Translations under genes and position numbers: made by a program
Assembly: GCA_965116875.1 (NCBI GenBank)
Contig: OZ220733.1
Span: 1,536,001-1,600,000, forward strand
Source: Candidatus Latescibacterota bacterium
GTDB lineage: Bacteria; Latescibacterota; UBA2968; GCA-2709665
Direction: 5' to 3'
DNA length: 64,000 bases
Shown: positions 10,003 to 19,446 of the stretch, piece after piece
How the letters are laid out: each line of letters starts with the position of its first letter
How positions within the stretch are numbered: position 1 is the stretch's first letter
The notes under the pieces: model-generated
The model's input: only the letters and a program-made list of their open reading frames with translations
What the model was told of the DNA's origin: nothing
Database searches by the model: none

Positions 10003-10817
10003 CCCTCAGCGCCTCCAGGTCCCTCAACCCCGGCAATATACCGCTCGTAGGACGCCCGCAGGTCCTCCTCGGACACGGCGCGGAGTCCGTCGGCCGAGAT
10101 GGTCTTCACCGTGGGCAATACGCCGGTGTCCCGCTCGTACCTCCCGGTGGCGGCATCGTATTCCGCGGCCGTGTGCAACAGGCGCAGGGCCATTCCGAGG
10201 CTCTCGCTCCGGTCCAGTTCCGCAAACGGACGCTCGCCCCACTGGTTATTGTAGAACATCGCGCCCCGGATGGCCGCCGCGCCCGATCCCGTGGTGGAAA
10301 AATCGGCGCTTTCGAACTGCGCGCCCAGCACGTCGTAGAAATAAATCTTGCCGCGGCTGTCCTGCCGGTCGAACGTGGCGAAAATGGGGATCACCGGCCC
10401 GATGCCCTGCATGGCCATGGGCAGGTTGTCGCGGATCAGGAGGGAAAGGCGCCGCAGTTTGGCCGCCAGGCTCATTTCCTGCAACTGCCGTCGCCGGTGA
10501 TATTGAAAGGTGTGTTCGAGGATGCGGGCGATTTCGTACGCCATGGCCGGCGAGCCGGAAATGGCCATTACCGAAAACGCGTCGATATCGATCACCTTGT
10601 CGGCGCGGTCGTAAAGCACGGTGTGACCGGCGGTGGCCCGGCGGTCCCCCGCAATGAGGACGCCATCCCGGTAGCGGAGGGCCAGGATGGTCGTGCCCTC
10701 GGTGGGCTGAAACGGAAGGGACGCCGCGCCGGCCGGCGTGTTTTCCTTCAGGTCGGCGCCGGGCAGCCGGTATCCCTCCGCCTTGAGCAGATCCAGAAAA
10801 TCCCCACCCGCGCCCAT
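9999..10817 (-). CDS. prcB: 20S proteasome beta subunit with propeptide
   Basis: Propeptide, then EG|TTILALRYRDGVLIAGDRRATAG (Thr1 nucleophile), DKV, TTGSG; ATG 10817 just after the UBact stop. Confidence 0.92.
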   Translation of the reverse strand: MGAGGDFLDLLKAEGYRLPGADLKENTPAGAASLPFQPTEGTTILALRYRDGVLIAGDRRATAGHTVLYDRADKVIDIDAFSVMAISGSPAMAYEIARILEHTFQYHRRRQLQEMSLAAKLRRLSLLIRDNLPMAMQGIGPVIPIFATFDRQDSRGKIYFYDVLGAQFESADFSTTGSGAAAIRGAMFYNNQWGERPFAELDRSESLGMALRLLHTAAEYDAATGRYERDTGVLPTVKTISADGLRAVSEEDLRASYERYIAGVEGPGGAEG

Positions 10818-10821
10818 AGGC

Positions 10822-11013
10822 TTACTCGCCCGTTCGCTGGCGGTAGCGTCGCGCCTGATTCGGGTCCACGCGGCGCATCCGGCGCAGCAAATCGCGGGTA
10901 TCGGGCCGGTCAACGTCCGGACGGGAAGGCCCGTCGTCTCCGTCGTTCGGCCCCCCGTCGGGCGCTTCAGGCCGCCGGGTCCGCCGTTCAAAACCTGCCA
11001 GATCTCTCTTCAT
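10822..11013 (-). CDS. ubact: UBact ubiquitin-like (Pup-analogous) modifier, 63 aa
   Basis: Disordered Pro/Asp/Arg-rich peptide ending LLRRMRRVDPNQARRYRQRTGE (R[T/S]G[E/Q] signature); AAGGAGGA RBS; lies between dop and prcB. Confidence 0.9.
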   Translation of the reverse strand: MKRDLAGFERRTRRPEAPDGGPNDGDDGPSRPDVDRPDTRDLLRRMRRVDPNQARRYRQRTGE

Positions 11014-11078
11014 AGCCACTTCCTCCTTGTGTCCGTTCAGGGGCGCCGGAGCGATCCCCCGAACGGCTGCCATACAGA

Positions 11079-12614
11079 TTACGTGACCCGCGGTCCATCC
11101 TCGAGCGCGTTCAGGAATTCCTCCAGTTCATCCGAGCGATCCAACGCCCTATTATAATACGCGACCTTCTCCCCATCAACCAGATCCTTCATATCCACGG
11201 AACGCTGTTCGCCGTTCCGGAGGAAGACGATCCGGTCCCAGTTGACCGATTTGACGTCGTGGCCGAATTTCTCCAGGCATCGCCCCCGGAACCAGGCGCG
11301 TGTGTCGGCAGGCGGAACGGACATCGCCTCCTCGATCCGTTCGTCGTCAATGAGACGGACCATCTTCCCCTGCTCCTCCAGCAGAAAATACAGCCCGGCC
11401 TCCCTGTCCACGTTGTGGTATTCCAGGTCCTGGCTCTGGAGCCAGGCCAGGTCGTCCGGTTTTTCCCATGAAAGCCCCTCCGCCTCGCGAAAACAGTCCA
11501 GCAGCCACTTCTTGCTGACCCAGTCGCAGACGCCCACCATCGCCATGGGGTCCCGTTCGAGGCCGTCCAGCATCTCCTCCCACGCATTGAGCACCCAGTC
11601 CGTTTCCACGTCCCGGCCGCCGAACCGCTCCCCGGCCAGCGCCAGGTACATCCGCTGCACCTCAACGGCCGGAACCAGGCGGCCGGCCTTGCGGTCCAGC
11701 TCCACCAGCCACTGATAACTCTGGTCGCGCGACACGTCCTTGAGCGCCGCAACCGGGTCCTTCAGGACCACGTCGGGAAGATCGTCCCGTTCAACCAGCG
11801 CGACCACGAGCGCGGTGACGCCAACCTTCAGCGCCGTGACGTACTCGGACATATTCGCGTCGCCAAGGATCACGTGGAGCCTGCGGTACCTGCCGGCGTC
11901 CGCGTGCGGTTCGTCACGCGTGTTGATCAGCGGGCGTTTGTGCATGGTGTCCACGCTGGCGATCACCTCGAAGAATTCGGACCGCTGCGAGAGCTGATAG
12001 ACGGGCGCCCTGTCGCCGCGTTCCACGCCCATCTTGCCCGCGCCCGCGTAAATCTGCCGCGTAACCAGGAAGGGAAGCAGGCCCTTCACGATCCGGTCGA
12101 ACGGCGTCGCGCGGTCCATCAGGAAATTCTCGTGACACCCGTAGCTGTGGCCTTCGAAATCCGTATTGTTCTTGTAGATCCGCACCACGCCCTCGGACAG
12201 CATCTCCGTGCGCCGCCGCGCGCAGATGTCCACGATCCGCTCGCCCGCCCTGTCCTGGGCCACCAGCTCGAAGAGGCTGAGGCACTCGCCCGTGGAATAT
12301 TCCGGATGGGTATGGTCATTGTAAAAGCGGGCGCCGTTGCGGATAATCAGGTCGCTCTTCAACTCCTCGAGCGGCACCTTTCGCTGACGGTCTTTCTGGA
12401 GATGGACCTTCTCGTCCGTATCGTTCAACAGGGATTTCACTTCAAAGCCCCGCACGTCCCTGCGGGGGTTCTCAAGCTGATAGTCCCACAGCGCCGTAAA
12501 CTCACCCGTGAGGTAGCACCGGATCAGCTGCATCGACTCCTCCACCACGTCGATCCTGTCCACCCCGTCGATCGTGATCCCGTACTCCGTTTCAAGGCCG
12601 AAGAGTCGGTTCAT
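11079..12614 (-). CDS. dop: Depupylase/deamidase Dop family
   Basis: LFGLETEYGI, Dop loop WDYQLENPRRDVRG, NGARFYNDHTHPEYS, YKNNTD..GHSYGCHEN, RPLINTRDEPHAD. Confidence 0.9.
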   Translation of the reverse strand: MNRLFGLETEYGITIDGVDRIDVVEESMQLIRCYLTGEFTALWDYQLENPRRDVRGFEVKSLLNDTDEKVHLQKDRQRKVPLEELKSDLIIRNGARFYNDHTHPEYSTGECLSLFELVAQDRAGERIVDICARRRTEMLSEGVVRIYKNNTDFEGHSYGCHENFLMDRATPFDRIVKGLLPFLVTRQIYAGAGKMGVERGDRAPVYQLSQRSEFFEVIASVDTMHKRPLINTRDEPHADAGRYRRLHVILGDANMSEYVTALKVGVTALVVALVERDDLPDVVLKDPVAALKDVSRDQSYQWLVELDRKAGRLVPAVEVQRMYLALAGERFGGRDVETDWVLNAWEEMLDGLERDPMAMVGVCDWVSKKWLLDCFREAEGLSWEKPDDLAWLQSQDLEYHNVDREAGLYFLLEEQGKMVRLIDDERIEEAMSVPPADTRAWFRGRCLEKFGHDVKSVNWDRIVFLRNGEQRSVDMKDLVDGEKVAYYNRALDRSDELEEFLNALEDGPRVT

Positions 12615-12661
12615 GGACTGCGCTCAATATCCTGATTTATGACGAAAATCGCGGCTATAAA

Positions 12662-12820
12662 TGGGGGAGAGGGAAGACGGGAGAAGAAATGCGGGGAGAC
12701 GGAAGAGGGTAGACGGTAGAAGAAATCCTTGCCAATATGTTCCCCCGACTCGCCTGCGGCATGAGAAGAAACCTTACACGGCATTCAATCTCTCCCCTCT
12801 CCCGTCTAACGTCTCCCGGC
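12662..12820 (+). repeat. Family B repeat inside the proteasome operon (between arc and dop)
   Basis: GGAGACG/GTAGACGG flanks with CCTTGCC...GCCTGCGGCATGAGAAGAAACCTT core; reverse-complement match at 48750-48838. Confidence 0.75.
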
Positions 12821-12826
12821 TTTTCG

Positions 12827-14548
12827 CTATACAATCCGTTGTCCCCGGCGGCCGGTTTCCCGCCCGGGGCGAATGGGGGAAGCGCGCACGACGTTTTCGG
12901 GATCGTAATCGAGGAGCTTGAGCCAGTCTTCCGTGTTATCGGTGGGCGGGAAGATCTCGTTCTCCGTGTATTCGGTCTCCACCGCCTGGAGCAGATCGTC
13001 CTGGGAGATGCCCTCTTCCTGTCCGGACGCGATGGAGCGGCGGATGGCCATCTCTTTCGCGCGTCTTACGATGGATTCCATGATCGCCCCGCTGGCCAGG
13101 TCCCCCCGGCGGAGGACGTCCTTCCGGCCGCTTCTGAGGGTCACTTCGAGAAATCTCGTATGGTCCCGTTTCGAGAAGATCTCTTCCGCCGTACGCGCGA
13201 CGAGCGTGTCCACGGCCGCGGCGCTGTCCCCGCCGTGTTCCTCCAGCGTCCTGCCGTCGATGGGTAGATTGGGCGTCAGATAGATCTTGAGGATGTCGAG
13301 CGCGCCATAGCGGTCCGGACGCTTCACCTTGATCTTCCGGTCGATCCTTCCCGGCCGCAAAATCGCGGGGTCGATCAGGTCGGGCCGGTTGGACGCCAGT
13401 ATGATCACCACGTCCTGCAGCGACTCGATGCCGTCCATCTCCGAACAGAACATCGGCACGACGGTATTCGAAATGCTGTGCGACCGCATGGCACGGCGCG
13501 TGCCAAGAACGGACTCCGCCTCGTCGATGAATACCACGGGCAGGTACCCCTCCTTGCGCTTTTCCCGCGCCCTGGAGAAGATTTCCCGGATCTGGCGTTC
13601 GGACTCGCCCAGCCACATGTTGAGGATTTCCGGCCCCTTGATGTTCATGAAACATTCCTTCAGGTCCAGACCGGCCTCCTGCTGGGCCTGCTTGACGAGG
13701 TTGTAGGCGGTTGCCTTGCCGATCAGCGTCTTGCCGCAGCCCGGCGGACCGTAGAGCAGAAAGCCCTTGGGAACGCTGTACTGGAACCTGGAGAACAGGT
13801 CCGGATGCAACGCCGGCATTTCGATCGTATCCTGGATGGCCCGGATGGCCTCGTCCTGCCCGCCGATTTTCTCCCAGGGCAGATTCGGAATCTCTTCGAG
13901 GAAGTAGTCTTTCGCCTCTTTTTCGGGCATGCGTTCCAGCGCCACGCGGAAGTTCGGGTCCACGCGAACCTCGTCGCCCGTCTTCAGGGACGCCTGTACG
14001 AGGTCGCTCGATCGCGACAGCACGTTGACCTGGCCGCCCGGTTCCTGTCCGACCCGCAGCCGCCCGTCTTCGAGGACGTCGGATATCTTCGCGACCTGGC
14101 CGGAACTCGTAAAGCCCAGGTCGCCAACGATGGCGAACGCGTCGTTGACGAGCACCCGCGTGCCCACCTTCAACGCCTCCTGTTCCAGGCGCGAATCGAC
14201 GTTGGCGAAGTATTCCGAGCCGCCCACGCTGATGTACGCCACGCCGTCGCGGGGAGATTCCAGGAGCGTACCCACGCGGTTGGCCGGCGCCGTTACCTTC
14301 TCCAGCGCGGCCTCCATCTCCACGATGGTCCGCCTGGCCTCCTCGAACGTGATCTCGTCCTCCTGAAGCTGCCGGCGGAGATGGTAGAGCATTGGACGCC
14401 GTTTGTCCTTTTCGTCCATCGACATCAGGATCTGGTCGATAATGGACAGGGACCGGAACGTGTGCTGCATATCCACGTAGTCCTGCAGAAAGTCATCCGG
14501 CGACTTTCGCTGGCGAGATCCTTCGTTCGGGCCGTTAATGGGACTCAC
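12827..14548 (-). CDS. arc: Proteasome-associated AAA+ ATPase (ARC/Mpa family)
   Basis: N-terminal coiled coil and OB region, GFLLYGPPGCGKT, NIKGPEILNMWLGESER, VFIDEAES, ASNRPDLIDPAILRPGRID; GTG start position uncertain. Confidence 0.92.
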   Translation of the reverse strand: MSPINGPNEGSRQRKSPDDFLQDYVDMQHTFRSLSIIDQILMSMDEKDKRRPMLYHLRRQLQEDEITFEEARRTIVEMEAALEKVTAPANRVGTLLESPRDGVAYISVGGSEYFANVDSRLEQEALKVGTRVLVNDAFAIVGDLGFTSSGQVAKISDVLEDGRLRVGQEPGGQVNVLSRSSDLVQASLKTGDEVRVDPNFRVALERMPEKEAKDYFLEEIPNLPWEKIGGQDEAIRAIQDTIEMPALHPDLFSRFQYSVPKGFLLYGPPGCGKTLIGKATAYNLVKQAQQEAGLDLKECFMNIKGPEILNMWLGESERQIREIFSRAREKRKEGYLPVVFIDEAESVLGTRRAMRSHSISNTVVPMFCSEMDGIESLQDVVIILASNRPDLIDPAILRPGRIDRKIKVKRPDRYGALDILKIYLTPNLPIDGRTLEEHGGDSAAAVDTLVARTAEEIFSKRDHTRFLEVTLRSGRKDVLRRGDLASGAIMESIVRRAKEMAIRRSIASGQEEGISQDDLLQAVETEYTENEIFPPTDNTEDWLKLLDYDPENVVRASPIRPGRETGRRGQRIV

Positions 14549-14574
14549 CTCCGGGATCCAGGGGTTTGCGAACC

Positions 14575-15477
14575 CTAATCGTCCATTTCACGTTTGAAAG
14601 ACAGCTTCATCTTGGCGCCGGCGTTCTCCACTTTGACATTGCCACGGATCACGGTGACGTCCACGTCCTTGAACGACATCTTGATTTCATGCCCGATGAC
14701 GATTCCCCGGTTCACGTCAATGGTCCACTTGCCCTTTCCCTCGCCCGTGCCTTCCACCATGATCGACACCGCGTTGGAGAATACCCACCCCCGGTACCGC
14801 ATCTGCCGGGTCTCGTCTATCAGCGCGACCCGGCGGCCCTTCTTCTTTGCCAGCCGCTTCAGAACGTAGACGCTGTTGATCTCCACCGAGCCTTTGTCCT
14901 GCAGGGCCGCGATGGGAATCTCATGGCGCCGAATTCCGTTCCACGAATCTCCCGATCCGACCTCCCTTTTGGGCAGGACGGGATGGATCTCCGGCACCCA
15001 GAGCTGCTGCAAATCGGTGATCGCGGCTTCGCGGCGCACCTCGTACGGCTTGAAACCGGGTTTGAACCCCGTCACGTCGCCCGTTGCGGTTACGTTCCAC
15101 GAAAACGTCCGGCCGTTGAACATGCCGAGCAGATACGGAAAGTTGGTTTCGCTGATCTGAACGCGGTCCTCCATGACCGTACTTTCGGCATTCCGGACCG
15201 TTGCCGTAACCGTCGCGGCGGTTGCGTCAATCGCGGTGACGGCTTCCCTGCTCTTCCACTTTCCGTAGGTCCGGACGTCAACCGTGCCGGACGTCTTGTC
15301 GTCGTCGATCAGGTCGGCGCGGCCGCTGTAGTATTCCAGCGTCCAGGAATTCTTGTAAAGATTCGATTGCCCTGCTTTATACACGAAATTGAGCGCCACC
15401 TTCTCGCCGTACACCGTGCCCGCGGGAACAGCCAGGGCGAATGGAATTATCAGGCAGAGAAAACGATACCGGACCAT
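14575..15477 (-). CDS. Hypothetical exported beta-rich protein
   Basis: Signal peptide MVRYRFLCLIIPFALAVPAGTVYG; GGAGGG RBS; stop 26 bp before arc. Confidence 0.7.
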   Translation of the reverse strand: MVRYRFLCLIIPFALAVPAGTVYGEKVALNFVYKAGQSNLYKNSWTLEYYSGRADLIDDDKTSGTVDVRTYGKWKSREAVTAIDATAATVTATVRNAESTVMEDRVQISETNFPYLLGMFNGRTFSWNVTATGDVTGFKPGFKPYEVRREAAITDLQQLWVPEIHPVLPKREVGSGDSWNGIRRHEIPIAALQDKGSVEINSVYVLKRLAKKKGRRVALIDETRQMRYRGWVFSNAVSIMVEGTGEGKGKWTIDVNRGIVIGHEIKMSFKDVDVTVIRGNVKVENAGAKMKLSFKREMDD

Positions 15478-15544
15478 GGTTCCCTCCGTAGACGATGGTG
15501 GAAAACGGTTTGGATAGAAAATGTAATGGCGACCATGTTGCATA

Positions 15545-15573
15545 AGTATAGCCCGGTGTTTTTGGAATGTCAA
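15545..15573 (-). promoter_or_regulatory. Near-consensus sigma70 promoter upstream of the exported-protein/proteasome operon
   Basis: TTGACA (15573-15568), 17 bp, TATACT (15550-15545) on - strand. Confidence 0.7.
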
Positions 15574-17098
15574 CCCGTACCGTGATTCGTGTGATTACTA
15601 TGATAAGGGCTGATTAAAACCATGGAGGGACTTTGGGGGAGTGTTTGTGCTCGTTATTATCATACCCCACAATCACGCAAATCACAGGCCAACCCGTACT
15701 GTGATTTGTGTGATTACTATGATAAGAGCTGATTAAAACCACGGAGAGACTTTGGAGGATTGACAATGATTAACGGGATTTGCGGAATGCACCGTCATCG
15801 CGCAACCGACCCCCCGTGATTCGTGTGATTACTATGATAAGAGCTGATTAAAACCAATTCAAAAAACTGCGACGCGACGAGAACACGTGAAACGGGGCGC
15901 AAAGGTCGTACAGGAGGACGTTCTTTCAGTTCACGTCCAGTTGACCTGGTTTGTCCTGTTCATCCGCAGCTGAATCGCCCTTATTCGAATTAACGTACCC
16001 GAAAAAATACGAATCATGGTTAAAACGATGGAGGGACTTTGGGGGATTGACAATGATTAACGGGATTTGCGGGAGGATGGGATGGCGGGGTTGCCCTGGG
16101 CGCGTTGTTTGAAACTCTGGTTGGTAACTCTTTTGAATTCCAGGCTTTTTGCGCCGAAATTGACGAGTAGACCAACCTCCAGATCGTACGCCTCGAGGTA
16201 GTTGATGGCCTGTGCCAGGTGGACGTCCTGTAGTTCGATCACCGCCTTCAATTCAACACAGACGACGCCTTCCACCAGGAAATCGGCCCTTCTCGTGCCT
16301 ATCTGCCTTCCTTTGAAAAAAATGGGCATTTTATGCTCGCGGCTGAAGGAAAACCCTTGACATTCCATTTCGATCTCCAACGCTTTCTGATAAATGAACT
16401 CCTGGAACCCGTTGCCCAGCGCGGAATGCACCGTCATGGCGCAGCCGATGATCTTCGCCGTAAGCGCAGAATGTTTGTGCTCCTCATTAATCATACCCGA
16501 CATTCATGCAAATCACAGGCCAACCCGTACTGTGATTCGTGTGATTATTGTGATAAAAGCTGATTAACCCAAATTCGAAAAGACGGCAACCGGGTGTCGT
16601 GTTAAAACCCTCCGAAACGGGGCGTAAACGTCGTTAGGAAGGACATTTTTCCGTTTACGTCCAGTGACCAGATGTATCCTGGTAATCCGCAGTTGAATCG
16701 CCTTTATTCGAATTAACGTACCCGAAAAAATACGAACCATGGTTAAAACGATGGAGGGACTTTGGGGGAGTGATTGTGCTCGTTATTAATCATACCCAAC
16801 ATTCGGGGAAATCACAGGCCAACCCGTACTGTGATTTGTGTGATTATTATGATAAGAGCTGATTAAAACCAATTCGAAAAGACGGCAACCGGGTGTCGTG
16901 TTAAAACCCTCCGAAACGGGGCGCAAAGGTCGTCCAGGAGGACGTTCTTTCAGTTCACGTCCAAGGGACCTGGTTTGTCCTGTTCATCCGCAGTTGAATC
17001 GCCCTTTTTCGAATTAACGTACCCGAAAAAATACGAGTCATGGTTAAAACGATGGAGGGACTTTGGAGGAATGACAATGATTAACGGGATCTGCGGGG
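15572..17098. repeat. Tandem/direct repeat array (units up to ~300 bp) enclosing the GxxExxY gene
   Basis: AACCCGTACTGTGATTYGTGTGATTAYTATGATAAGAGCTGATTAAAACC at about 15572, 15691, 15815 (partial), 16522, 16821; longer shared block ...CGAATTAACGTACCCGAAAAAATACGA...ATGGAGGGACTTTGG three times. Confidence 0.85.
16057..16503 (-). CDS. GxxExxY protein (PD-(D/E)xK nuclease superfamily)
   Basis: IIGCAMTVHSALGNGFQEFIYQKAL (GxxExxY), RADFLVEGVVCVELKA, QAINYL, GLLVNFG. Confidence 0.92.
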   Translation of the reverse strand: MSGMINEEHKHSALTAKIIGCAMTVHSALGNGFQEFIYQKALEIEMECQGFSFSREHKMPIFFKGRQIGTRRADFLVEGVVCVELKAVIELQDVHLAQAINYLEAYDLEVGLLVNFGAKSLEFKRVTNQSFKQRAQGNPAIPSSRKSR

Positions 17099-17337
17099 AT
17101 TTAGAAGATTTCCTGCTATGACTGAACAATATTACTTGACAACAACGCGTCATTTGCCGGTATTCGGGGTACCGCAGCAACATGCTTTCGCATTTTGTGC
17201 CATTTCCGGTTTCGGGTTTCCGATTCCGATCGCGTTTCTCAGGTATAGAATGCGGCTGCATCGGCACCCGTCAGCCTCACGTCCATAGCCGTTTCAGGCG
17301 ACCTTTGTACCGTCCGGATCATGAAAAGGGCCGAAAG

Positions 17338-19338
17338 ATGAGACTTCTCGCCCCCCTGTTCTTATTGTTGTCGGTCTGTATTCAGAAGCTTCCCGCCCAG
17401 GAAATCGGCGAGCCGATACCGGTCGAAATCGCCGAGAATTCAACGACACTGACCCTTGATTTCTCAAACCACGACTACCAGTTGATCCTCTATTCCATTG
17501 ATACGCATCTGGAAAACAGCAGTGTCGGGCTCAAGAGTCCGTTGGGCTACTCAGTGACCGCCGCTTTCGGCGCTTCGAATCCCGTTTTGGATGGCGGATT
17601 GGACCCCAGTCCGCAAGCGCCCGTTTCCAACCGTGCCAGTTTCGAAAGTATGTTGCGAGCACAGGAACGGAAACTTGCGAGCCGCCTGCAGGAATCCGGC
17701 GGCTACCGCCCGCCCGCGGCCAAGGTCTCCCCACAACAAATCGGCAGCACCCGGCAGTTCGTCTTTCCCGCATTCCGAGGTGTCTCGAAAACTACAGTTA
17801 CAGCGTCTCTTGTCGCCTCCGGCGAACGCGCGAATGCCTATGTGGACGTGACCGACGTCAACAAAATGAATGCTGACTCGCTCCAGGCGCAGGTCGACCG
17901 CTTCAGCGAAACAATCTATCCCATTGTCACGTCAGCATTCGGACCGGCTTCGGACGTGGATAACGATGGCAGGATCCACTTTCTCTATACCAATCTCGTA
18001 AACCCGGATGAATCCATTTTCGGCGCGGCCGGGTTCTTTCATGCCCCGTCGTTGCTAACCGTGAGTCAGGGAGGCAATGGTAATCTTTCCGATATGTTTT
18101 ATATCGACCCGGACTCCGATCCACGGAAAGTCGATGCCGTACTCGCACACGAATTTCAACATCTCATCAATTTCAATCAGCGCGTACTCGTTCGCAACGG
18201 ACAACCGGAAGTTCTCTGGCTCAATGAGGGGCTATCACACTACTGTGAAAACCTTATTGGCGAGAACTTCTTCAATGAATCGAATGCCGATTTCTTCCTC
18301 GATTATACCGGCAGCGGTCCATTGGTTACAAACGGGTCTTGTGTACGGAGGAGTCGTGGAGCCCTTTATCTTTTCGTACAAAGCCTTGTTGAGGAGTTTG
18401 GCTCAGGAATCGTGTCACGGCTGGTGCAAACCGACAAGACGGGTATTGAAAATCTAGAGGCCGCAACGGGCCGTCGATTTGGCGACATTTTCGACAGGCA
18501 CGTTTCGAGGCTGTTTTTGAGTGGATTGGGCCTCAACGCAAAACTCAACTATACGTCCGCGCCTCTTGCAGACGAAATCTCGCACGCTCGGGCATTTCCC
18601 CTCCCCACTCAGCCTGTAATCTGGCCGAAAGGCGGGTACCAGATCTATGACGGCGGCGGGTTCGATCCTGTCTTTCGGAGCGATGCGCACACGGTCACGG
18701 TCAAAGGGCTTTTGCATCAACTCTCACCCATGTACATTCGTTTGACGGGAAACCGGAAGCCCACGACGATTACCATTCAAACTGATCCGGATGGCGAATT
18801 CCGGGCCCAACTCATTCCCATACCCATCAATTATCAGCCGCGCATCGCGATACCCTCGAAATATTCGCCCCGCGCGACCTTCGATCCGCCCCTGCCGTTT
18901 CGGTTCCGGACAGGGCAGGCCATCTCCATAAGCGGGACCACATCCGATGCGGCGCCGTCCGGAATGGTTGATTTCCACTTTGAAAACGCCTTGAGAGAGA
19001 TCCGATTCCGTGCACCCGTTGCCGAGGGTCGGTTCAACAAACGGCTCTTTTTCTATCCGGATGAAGCAGGAAGATACACGCTTCGCATTGGCGTAAATAG
19101 GTACTTTTCAACGACATACAACGCGATGGTCGTATTACGGGGGGAACCCCCTTCTCCGGACTTCGACCGTGACGGAACTGTCGGATTCGCGGATTTCATC
19201 GTGTTTGCGCGAGCATTCGGCAAGTCCTGGGCCGACGAGGATTTCGAACCCTGGTTCGACCTGGACCTGGACGGCGAAGTTGGATTCTCCGACTTTCTGA
19301 TATTCGGGGAGGCTTTTGGTACGAACGGACTGCAATGA
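17338..19338 (+). CDS. Secreted zinc metallopeptidase (HExxH...E gluzincin, M30-like) with C-terminal dockerin-like domain
   Basis: Signal peptide; DVDNDGRI; VLAHEFQHLINF...WLNEGLSHYCE; tail DFDRDGTVGFADF...DLDLDGEVGFSDF. Confidence 0.8.
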   Translation: MRLLAPLFLLLSVCIQKLPAQEIGEPIPVEIAENSTTLTLDFSNHDYQLILYSIDTHLENSSVGLKSPLGYSVTAAFGASNPVLDGGLDPSPQAPVSNRASFESMLRAQERKLASRLQESGGYRPPAAKVSPQQIGSTRQFVFPAFRGVSKTTVTASLVASGERANAYVDVTDVNKMNADSLQAQVDRFSETIYPIVTSAFGPASDVDNDGRIHFLYTNLVNPDESIFGAAGFFHAPSLLTVSQGGNGNLSDMFYIDPDSDPRKVDAVLAHEFQHLINFNQRVLVRNGQPEVLWLNEGLSHYCENLIGENFFNESNADFFLDYTGSGPLVTNGSCVRRSRGALYLFVQSLVEEFGSGIVSRLVQTDKTGIENLEAATGRRFGDIFDRHVSRLFLSGLGLNAKLNYTSAPLADEISHARAFPLPTQPVIWPKGGYQIYDGGGFDPVFRSDAHTVTVKGLLHQLSPMYIRLTGNRKPTTITIQTDPDGEFRAQLIPIPINYQPRIAIPSKYSPRATFDPPLPFRFRTGQAISISGTTSDAAPSGMVDFHFENALREIRFRAPVAEGRFNKRLFFYPDEAGRYTLRIGVNRYFSTTYNAMVVLRGEPPSPDFDRDGTVGFADFIVFARAFGKSWADEDFEPWFDLDLDGEVGFSDFLIFGEAFGTNGLQ

Positions 19339-19446
19339 TGCGAAGGATCCATTCCTGATTTCAACCGTGGCAGATCGCCTCAGCATTCGCAGCATATCAG
19401 TCTCCAGCGGTGCGCGATCAGTCTCAAACGTTCAAGGAGGCTGGAG

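Noticed and set aside
9999-10991. 330-aa prcB with a long N-terminal extension
   Set aside because: The extension overlaps the UBact gene in another frame; ATG 10817 gives a normal propeptide
10822-11013. Canonical Pup
   Set aside because: The C-terminus is RTGE with the UBact-type LL.RM..VDP motif, not GG[E/Q]
15572-17098. CRISPR array or IS element around GxxExxY
   Set aside because: Irregular spacing, intervening sequences are themselves repeated or are gene fragments, and there is no transposase or terminal inverted repeat
17136-17166. TTGACA promoters before the three peptidase genes (17136, 21002, 24733)
   Set aside because: No convincing -10 element at 16-18 bp spacing
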